64,000 bases of DNA from Eledone cirrhosa. Its lineage: Eukaryota. A program made the position numbers and the translations under genes. This document shows positions 55,005-64,000 of this stretch, piece by piece. Positions within the stretch are counted from its first letter, which is position 1, and the number at the start of each line of letters is the position of its first letter. The notes beneath the pieces were generated by a model. The model was not told the origin of the DNA. It did not search any database and saw only the letters and a list, made by a program, of their open reading frames with translations. The stretch is from assembly GCA_964016885.1 (NCBI GenBank), contig OZ024743.1:324756001-324820000 (forward strand), read 5' to 3'.

Positions 55005-55109
55005 TAATAATTGTTTCTACTTTAGGCACAAGGCCAGCAATTATCCCAGTACATAAAGTACCAGTGATGTACCGGGATAATTGCTGGCCTTGTGCCAAAA
55101 GTAGAAACA

Positions 55110-55172
<63 letters not shown>
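55005..55172. repeat. Head-to-head fold-back of two SINE 3' ends followed by (ATT)n
   Basis: TAATAATTGTTTCTACTTTAGGCACAAGGCCAGCAATTATCCCAGTACAT is mirrored across a 12-bp spacer. Confidence 0.85.
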
Positions 55173-55387
55173 GAATGCTATGGTTGACGGAGGCTCGGCT
55201 CTGTAAGGTATTGTAAATTTTGACCGCTATAACAATTGTAAATTGTTTAAAACTTTAACCAACTTGTAGACAAAAACACCCTCCTCCTCGTGAGAAGGGT
55301 CTTTCTGCCCGTTATTTGGCCCTTCGGGGTTAAATAACTGCTTATTGGGGTTTTGTGCCCAATATTTATTTTAAACAAAAAAACAAC

Positions 55388-57452
55388 ATGGCTACGAAAA
55401 AGAATTTTCATAGGTCACTCCCACTCATTCCGTCTTCTTCTTCCTCAATCCTCACTACAGCAGAGAGAAGATTGTCTCTCTCCCTCCCTTCTCTTTCGCA
55501 AGCGACGACAGAAAAGAAAAGTCTCGTGCAAAGCGTGCAAGATTTCTCCACGACGACGACGACAACGACGAAAAAGGTGTGCGGGAAATACGAAAACCCA
55601 TTTCATTCGTCTGACGTCAGGAATAATAGCAGTAGCAGCCGTAATAACAACAGCAACAGTGACAATGAAAACAACAGTAGCAGCCGCATCAGCAGCAGCA
55701 TAAACAACAACAGCATTAGCAGCAGCAGCAACAACAACAACCACAGCAACAGCGGCGGCGGCAGTAGTCGGAGTACCTGCATCAACAACAAAAGTAACAG
55801 CAGCTCTGACGACAACAACAACAACAACAGCAGCAAATAAAAACCAATCTCGTTTGCAGGTATCGCGAAGAACCTGGAAACCATCCTCATAAAAAATGAG
55901 GAATTAGAGGAAGCGAAGAAGATGGTGACAAAAACTGGACACCGAGCAATCTGCAAGGCAGCGGAAAAATTTTTCGAAACCCAACAGCACTGTACGGTCA
56001 CGTACCGTACAGTAAGTACAAAATCCCGTAGGGTTGAAAGAGCCACAGAGGCTCAAATACAAAAAGCCTTGGGGTCTATGTGGCAGCGGAAAACGCACAT
56101 CACCCGAGGCAAGAAATATGCCACCGTAGACGTACTTTTTGCCACACCCCAGGAGGCAAAGGCTCAATCCTTAGTGACCCTAAGGAGCGAGGAAATGGTG
56201 TTGGTGCCCTCCTACTGCGGGCAAAAAATTGTGAGGGTAAAACTGACCCACGTCCCCCCTGGGATGGCCCCTTCTTGGCTGGCCGCGTCTGTCCTCGTCG
56301 GAATCGAGGACAAAACAACTGTACTGCAAGTACAGAAAAAAGTAAGAGAAGATTGGGTCGGCACCTCCATTGAGATGTTAATCCAAACCAACCAGGAGTG
56401 CATCGAAGCTATCCCGGATGTGATAGACTTCGATAACGGCACTCAACTGCCCATAAGTGTTGAGGGCAAACGCCCGAAATGCTTTCACTGTGGATCGAAG
56501 ACTCACCTCAGGGCCTTCTGCAACGAGAAGACCCTGAGAAAGGAGAAAACCCCCCTCCTTCCGAAACCGGCTCCACCGCTACCAGCAACAGGACAAGCGG
56601 CAACCAGGAACGATAGGTCTGTGGCACCTATACCCACGCCACGGAAATCAAAAACAGCAGCAGCAGTGCAAGTATTAACAACAACAACAGCAATACCAAA
56701 TGCAGCTGCAACAGAGACTCCAGTACAAACATCACCAACAACATCAAGTGAAAGAGTGGAGCTGGTACTCCTCCCCGACCTCACAGAATCAGACATGGCG
56801 TGGGAGAGGGATGGCAAAAGGTCGTAAGAAGGCACAAACGCAGAAGCAGCGCATCGTCGCCTTTGAAAAGGGAGGAAAGAAATGAAAAAAGGGTAAAGTC
56901 TACTGCAAAGAGACTCACAGCAGCAACACCACCAACACCATCACCACCCACACTAGCACCACCATCACCACCGGCGACAACCCACCGCCAACAACACCTT
57001 CAACACCACCACCACAAGCACCAATATCGCAAACACAACAACAAAACACACACACCCAGCAACAACGACAAGAAAATAGCAGAACCACACCCCACCCCCA
57101 GAAAAACAAATGCACGGCGATAAATACACACAACAAGAAACTAATGACTTACATAATTGAACACACAGACATTTCACAACACGACTACATAATACCAGCA
57201 CCAATCAAAACGCCAACTAACATAAGACTGCTAAAAATAGCACAGAAACAATACACAAACATTAAAACGAAATTCCCCAACGCAGTTGGTGATTTCAGAG
57301 ACCTAGGAGGAACTATCAACCGAAGAGTATATTCGGACATACTCATAGAAGAGCCGACGACCAGCCGAAGGGACTATTCAACGGTCCCTTCACCAGACGA
57401 TCAAGTGAAAAGGGATGGAAAAACCACCCCTCCTCTACGAAAAGTACGGTAA
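55388..57452 (+). pseudogene. ORF1 of LINE copy C (Asn/Ser-rich N-terminus, CCHC knuckle); in-frame stop at 55838 and later frameshifts
   Basis: Frames 55355-55840 and 55922-56827 are in the same phase; CFHCGSKTHLRAFC; ends ...RKVR-stop at 57452. Confidence 0.85.
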
Positions 57453-57487
57453 GTGGTCTTTCCCATCTTTTCCACTCTATTTTAAAC

Positions 57488-60400
57488 ATGACCTCACTCA
57501 GAATAGGCAGCATAAATGCGCGTGGCTTGGGGTCGTCATGGAAGCAGGGTTCTCTGCTCAACGACCTCAGGTCACTAAACATAGATGTAGTGGCCATCAG
57601 CGAGACCAGAATCTCCGAAGCACGGGCCTTCGCACCGATCTTCGGCGGCTACGATGTGTACGCATCTCCCAGCCGTCCTGGATCGGGGGGGATGAGTTGC
57701 TGTGCTTTTTCGGAGAGGTTTGGATCTCGCCATACGGGCCATCTTCCTGGACCCAGAGGGTAAGTTGGTGGTGCTGGACGTGACCAGCGGAGACGGACAA
57801 GCTTTCAGGCTAGTGGCCGTCTATGCCCCGACAGGAGCAGGGCGGCCTGATTTCTTCCGGCGTCTGGAGACCTTTCTTGGAACGTCCCGATCTTTAGTGT
57901 TAGTGGGCGACTGGAACGGGATCTTAGATGCACGCTGGGACTGTGTGGGATTAGAAGATAGGGGTGGAGGGTTCAAGAGCCTCACCAACCTGCTCAGGCG
58001 TTTTTAACTGTCTGACAGGTAGCGATTGGATTTCCCGAATGTGCCAATGTGGACTTGGATAAATCGCATAGGGTCATCCAGATCATATCTAGATAGAGTA
58101 TTTTGTAGGGAAATAGATAGGTCTAGCATAGGCTGTCCACAATTCAAGATAGTCAGCTACACGGACCACAAATTCGTGATCTGTGTGCTTGACTTAGATA
58201 GGCTTCATAGACGAGGACCCGGCTACTGGAAGCTAAACGCGTCCTTACCAAGGCGCAAGGCCTACAGAGACCGGATTAGCGAACTAGTTAAGCGGGCGTT
58301 GACGGGGGCCATCGTCAACAACAAGTGGTGGTTTGCTCTGAAAAGAGCGATTAGAATAGAATCGATTAGGTTTAGTAAGGCTTTAGCAATAGAGAAAAAT
58401 AGAGCAGAGGGAGAACTAGTTAGAAAATTAGACGAGGCGCTTAGCAAAGGCATTGCGACCGACGTGCTTGCGGCGAAATTGGCCCTTGACCAATTCTTCA
58501 ATGCAAAGCACGAAGGCTGCGTTGTCAGAGCTAGGGTGCGTGCTCTCAGACACGAGGGGACGAAAGCCGTTCAATGGGCCCGAGTGGCGGAGGCGCGTCG
58601 TGGCAACAAAGCCACGATCCGGTCTTTGGTGGACCACGACGGGCGCATGCTACTCGATCCCGGGAAAATGTGTGAAGCTTTTCAGCGACACTTCACTCAG
58701 CTGTTCGGGGGTGGCGGTGGGCCGGGTCGAGGGATGGACTTTAGTGTCTACCTCGACGGACTGCCGCGGCTCTCGGCCACTGAGGCGGAGTGTTGCGAAA
58801 AGCCGATAACAGCCGCTGAAGTAAGGGAGGCAATGACTGGCTGCACAAGGGGTAAATCGCCTGGTTTGGATGGTCTGCCCTATGAACTTTACGTACAGAT
58901 GCCAGACTTGTTCGGAGACCTCTTGGCGGACGTCTACTGCAACTGGCAACAGAACGGGAGAATTCCTAGTTCTGTGGGCCGAGGAGCGGTGGCACTGCTG
59001 AGAAAGGATCCGAACAAGGGGGATAACATAGATAATTTCCGGCCCATAACTCTGCTAAACACAGAGTTCAAGATTTTGGCCAAGGTGCTAGCAAAGAGGT
59101 TGGCGCTTGTCGTTGGTGGTCTGGTGGGAGAGGCGCAGACATGCGCCATTCCCGACAGATCCATCCACGACAACCTCCACCTCATGCGATACATCGTAGA
59201 GAGGGTAGCTAGGGAACCTGGAACGGGTGGGTCCTTGATCAATTTAGATCAGTCGAAAGCTTTCGATAGGGTCGACCATCGTTACCTAGCGACAGTCCTG
59301 AGGGCGGCTGGCTTTTGGCCCGTCTTCAGAGGCTGGATCGCTGCCATGCACAGCGACATCTGCTCTGTGGTGAGAGTGAACGGTCACCTTTCGGAACCGT
59401 TCAACATCATGCGCTCGGTCCGCCAAGGATGTCCCCTCTCGTCCCTCTTGTACGTATTGACTCTCAAGCCATTACTGCACAAACTGGAGACGTTGAGGGG
59501 CGTCCCGCGCGAACTAGGATGCGGAAGATCCGTGTCAGCATATGCGGACGATGTCACCGTAGTGGTGTCGAACACCAAACACATCGAGGCGATCGGCACT
59601 ACACTAAGAGAATACGAAGCGGTGACAGGAGCAATGATCAACCAGGAAAAGTCAGTGGGCCTGCAGCTCGGCACATGGAGAGGCAGGTCCATGCCGTCCA
59701 ACAGCGTCGTCGGACGCTGGACGGACGGACCGGTTAAATTGCTAGGGGTCTGGTTTGATCCGGACCTCCAGACGGACAAAAAATGGGACGAGGGGACGAG
59801 CAGGGTGGCTTCTCTCACCCAGAAATGGGCGGAGAGGAAGCTATCCCTGAAAGGTCGAGCGGAGGTGGCTAACGCATACATCGCGTCTGTCATCTGCTAC
59901 CGCCTGACCGTCGTACCTTGTCCTAAGCCTCGCCTGACTGCGCTGGAGCGTTTGCTCTTTCACTTTTTGTGGAAGGGACGCGCTCCGATGGTCAGGCGGT
60001 CCATCTGTTGTCAACACCCGCTACGTGGAGGGCTGGGCATGCCGTGGCTGATGATGCGCAGGCACGCGCTCAGGCTACGACATCTCCACCTCTTCCTCGA
60101 CGGTGATCAGGTGTGGTCGCCGTTTGCTAGACACGTATTTCCCCAGCTCGTTTCCTTGACGGAGCTGCAGTCCTGGGTCAAGCGAAGACAGAGAGGGAGC
60201 GCCTGGAGACTGGAATGTCTTCAGGCGCTCACAGCCCTCGACCAATCGGGCAATGTGATCGGTGGAAAATCCACCTCGGCGTTCTATAGAGGATTAGTGG
60301 AGGGGAAGAGCGACGACGTACTTGGGGAAACTCTAGGCGTCGACGAAAATCAACTAGCCAATCTCTTCGGAAGAACTTTCGGGCCAGGGCCTATGGACAA

Positions 60401-60908
60401 CTTCCAGAAATCCCTGGCCTGGCAGTGCTACCGAGGAGCCTTGCCAGTTCGGGATAAACTCTACAGGCATGGAGGTGCCGTCAGCCGGGAATGTCCGAGA
60501 TGCGCGCAGGGCGACGAAACCGTCCTGCACGCACTCGTCCAGTATCCGAAAATTGCTGACTTGTGGGTTTATGTCGAACACCTGCTGTCGCGTTTAGGAC
60601 GGATCCGGCTATCATCTGAGTCCACCGTGAGGATTGCCCCGCCCTCCTCCTTTAGCCGGGAAGGGCAGGCAGTTTTTATCTGTCTGGTGGCCATGGCGAA
60701 AGAGATAGTATGGTGGACACGTTTGAAAGGGCTGAAGACGAGCACTTACCTCTTCGGTGATGCTCTGATTGACTTTTTCAAATTTCATTTGAAAAGGAAA
60801 ATCAGAGTAGAGAGGGAAGTGCTCTCTTCCCAGCATTTTGTTGAAAGATGGGTGAGAGAAGCAAGAATGGCCTGAGTGAATGGGCCTACTCTGAGTATAT
60901 ATCTGTAA
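57488..60908 (+). pseudogene. ORF2 of LINE copy C (APE endonuclease, reverse transcriptase, zinc finger); 949-aa open segment 58026-60875
   Basis: MTSLRIGSINARGL, VGDWNG, TDHK, LDQSKAFDRV, RQGCPLS, AYADD and CPRC. Frameshift near 57700; stops near 58005, 58020 and 60873. Confidence 0.95.
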
Positions 60909-61171
60909 GGTGGAAAACTGGGAGAGGGCACTTGCCTTGGTGGTCGGGGTCATTGTGGCCTTTTACTGGGCTTTCTCCACAAATGTCCCTCCGAAGTCTC
61001 CCCCCCCCCCCCTATTGGGGAATTTTTCATTGTTATTTTTTGTTACATCCTCTGTTTTTGTTTTTTACACGCAGAAATGCCCATTTGTACCGTCCTGTAT
61101 TATCCTGCACTGTCCTTAATGTCTACTTTATGTAAACCCTTGTGGTTAATAAAGAAATCATTATTATTATT

Positions 61172-63285
61172 GTTCTTTGAGTCTCAGTCATTGATGTTAG
61201 TTAACTGGAAAGTTTGTTGAAATGAATATCAAGCCACTACTTGCAGCCTCAGATATTCAGGACGTATCGGAGGGTTCTTGCTGTTCCCAGCAAGCATGCC
61301 TTTTGAGGTGTTCCAAAAAGCGGGGCGGGCCCAATTTTCTTTAACCATACCTGGAAACTTTTTAAGATAGTACCTAGTGCGCCTATGACAATCTGACACT
61401 TTGACTTCATGGCAGTTCCAAATCCTTTTTACCTCCCACTTTAAGTCCTGGTATCGGTTAATTTTCTCCCTCTCCTTCTCTTGCACTCTCGTGTCAAATG
61501 GGCAGGCTACATCCACAATCAGGCACGATCTTTTTTCCTTGTCCAAAACCACCAGGTCAGGTCTATTGTGTTCCAGTTTCTTGTCCGTCTGTATCCTAAA
61601 ATCCCACAGCACCTTCACCTGATCGTTTTGTATCCCCGACTCTGGCTTATGCTCATACCACTTCTCAGAATGTGGTAAATTGTTTACTTTGCATGGGTGC
61701 CAGTGGATCACCCTGTCCATCACATCATGTCTCCAGCCTTTATAGTGAGTCTGGGCTAGGTGTTTACACTCGGATACAATGTGAGCCACAGTCTCCTCTC
61801 TCTCGCCACAGATCCTACAAAGTGAGCTAGCCTCCTCCTTGTAAATATGTAAATATGGTGTTTCAACCACTTCGTTCTGAGGGCCTGCTCTTGCGCAGCC
61901 ATTAGCATTCCTTCTGTAGCCTTTTTAAGGTCTCCTCTTTTTAACCAGTTCCATGTCTGTGGATCTCTAAATTCAGTTTTCTCAAAGAAGGTACTATGAA
62001 GGGATTTTTCATGAAGGTTGCTCTTCCTCCTTGTTGTTATTTTCTCCTTGGACATCTCCTCGTCTATTGTCCTCTCCTTCAGTACAATTCTGAGCATTGG
62101 CTCCCTACTGTCAGTCACGTATTTGTGCAGGTTGTTTTTCTCCATCTGAACACAGTCCTCTATGCTGATAAGACCTCTTCCACCTTCAGATCTCTTTAAA
62201 TAGAGTCTATCGACATCACTCCTCTTGCGGAACATGTTGTAGACAGTCAATAGCTTCCTAGTCTTCCTATCCATTTCTTTTTGTTCAGCAACATTCCATT
62301 TCAGAATTCCCGCACTGTACCTAATAATAGACACAGCTCGGGAATTCACTGCACTTATGACATTCCTACTATTTAGATGTGATTTTAATACGCTCCTTGC
62401 TCTCCTAATGTACTCAGATCTTATCAATTCCTTCATTTTTTTTGTTCTTGATGTCATCTGCCTCCAGAACACCTAAATATTTGTATCCTTCTTCAGTGTC
62501 AAATTCCTTTATCATCTCACCTGTTGGTACCTGGATTCCGTTGCTTCTGCTCAATTTACCCCTCTTCATCACTAGGACTCCACACTTATTAATACCAAAT
62601 TGCATACATATATCATTGCTGAAAATACGGACAGTGTCAACAAGTACATCCAACTCATTCTCACTCTTCCCAAAGAGTTTAAGATCGTCCATGAAGAGAA
62701 GGTGGTTGATGATAAGCTCTCCTTTTCCCAACTTGTATCCTGCTCTCACTTTTCGCAGTATAATGGTCAGGGATATCAGGGCAATGACAAACAGAGGAGA
62801 CAAACTATCTCCCTGGAAGATACCTCTCTTGATCTTCACGCCTCCCAAGGATTCTCCAGCTGATGTTAACTCTGTTTTCCAGGACTTCATACTTTTGCTC
62901 AACAACTGTCTGATGTTATCTGCCACCTTGAAGATCTCTAGACTTTTGGTGATCCACGAATGAGGCACCATGTCGAATGCCTTTTTGTAGTCTATCCATC
63001 CCATGGCAAGATCAGTGTGTCTCCTCTTGCAAATCCTCATTACCATCTTATCAATAAGTAACTGGTCCTTTGTACCACGGGACTTCTTTCGGCATCCTTT
63101 CTGTTCGTCCGGTAACGAGTTGTTTGTGTGGAGGTGATGGTAGATTTCCTCAGACACAATGCTTGTCAACAGTTTCCACATTACGGACAGACATGTGATA
63201 GGTCTATAGTTGGTAACATCATTACCAGAACTGTAGTACCTTTTGTCAACCACTCTGGTACCTCACCCGACATCAAGCAATCATT
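61172..63285 (-). mobile_element. 5'-truncated R4/Dong-like non-LTR retrotransposon (RT, CCHC, restriction-like endonuclease), frameshifted
   Basis: NYRPITCL, WIDYKKAFD, GIFQGDSLSP, LFMDDLK, CRICGEREETVAHIVSEC, RPDLVV...IVDVACP, KINRYQDL. Flanked by (TAA)n on both sides. Confidence 0.9.
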
Positions 63286-63379
63286 GAATAATAATAATAA
63301 TAATTATTATTATTATTATTATTATTACAGTTGCATTTATCTTGCTTTATGTTCATACGAGTTATCACCAAGTCACAAC

Positions 63380-63645
63380 CAGTGACCTCAAGAGACAAAA
63401 ATGTCCGCCATGTTCAAGAAAGAACATACATACACACACATGCATCTTTAGGTGTTTAGACTTGTGATGTACTTATATTGAAAGAATCTTCCTTAGTATA
63501 TGGACAGTTCTCATTAGTACTATCTTTTGTATTTCTCCTATACGCGGGTTTCCTGGGATTTGCGATAAGTAATCATTAGACCCCTCAGGTATCATTCCTA
63601 GAGCGCCTACAACCACTGGTATTGTTTTAGTTCTCAATTTCCACA
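63380..63645 (-). mobile_element. 3' fragment of a second R4/Dong-like family
   Basis: Hand translation LWKLRTKTIPVVVGALGMIPEGSNDYLSQIPGNPRIGEIQKIVLMRTVHILRKILSI-stop, a typical R4-clade C-terminus; abuts (AGC)/(AGT)n. Confidence 0.8.
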
Positions 63646-63656
63646 GTAGCAACAGA

Positions 63657-63744
<88 letters not shown>

Positions 63745-64000
63745 ATAGTAGTAGTATTTTAGAAACTCCACTTTCCCAATATTGTCTTTGGTAAGTTTTA
63801 ACTCTTAATATCCTGTACCAGATGACATATTTTACAGTTTGTTTGAAATATTTTTATATTTTGTGGAAACACATAACTAACATCGCGCGAAATAAACTTT
63901 CACTTAATTAGATTGTAAGATTTCTAAAATTACAGCAGCAACGGTGTTGAAAGAGCAGTCTAGATAGTTATAGTGTATCCGCCGCCTTTTATGCGCTTTT

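Larger units (their letters stand above)
55173..61171 (+). mobile_element. Full-length L1/Tx1-clade LINE (copy C), about 6 kb, flanked by (ATT)n
   Basis: 5' UTR, ORF1, 35-nt spacer, ORF2, and 3' UTR with AATAAAGAAA then (ATT)4. Confidence 0.95.

Noticed and set aside
58026-60875. Intact functional reverse transcriptase gene
   Set aside because: The upstream APE part has a frameshift and two stops, ORF1 is disrupted, and the C-terminus has a premature stop, so it is treated as a pseudogene.

Overview
Eukaryotic, repeat-dominated, AT-rich DNA with no recognisable host gene. The SINE types and microsatellite load resemble an octopod cephalopod (inference). Nearly all ORF-track entries are microsatellite or antisense artefacts. 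The real coding remnants are retroelements: a head-to-tail cluster of L1/Tx1-clade LINEs ending in (TCTA)n (1-9454, minus), a near-complete Tx1-like LINE set in (ATT)n (55173-61171, plus), R4/Dong-like RT-REL elements (61172-63645, minus), and CRE, RTE, Penelope-like and Tc1 relics. There are also many tRNA-derived SINEs, two non-autonomous Helitrons, a probable solo LTR, RTE-derived non-autonomous elements and several satellites. The most notable signal is about ten type I hammerhead ribozyme motifs from at least seven unrelated sequence families. They sit in short islands next to (TA)n or other microsatellite tracts, several as head-to-head fold-backs, and a Penelope-like RT fragment shows the same geometry. 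This suggests a Penelope/retrozyme-type system of self-cleaving, microsatellite-associated fold-back elements. All three Tx1 ORF1 stop codons also overlap a GGTAAGT splice-donor consensus. All alignments and folds were done by eye, so boundaries are approximate.
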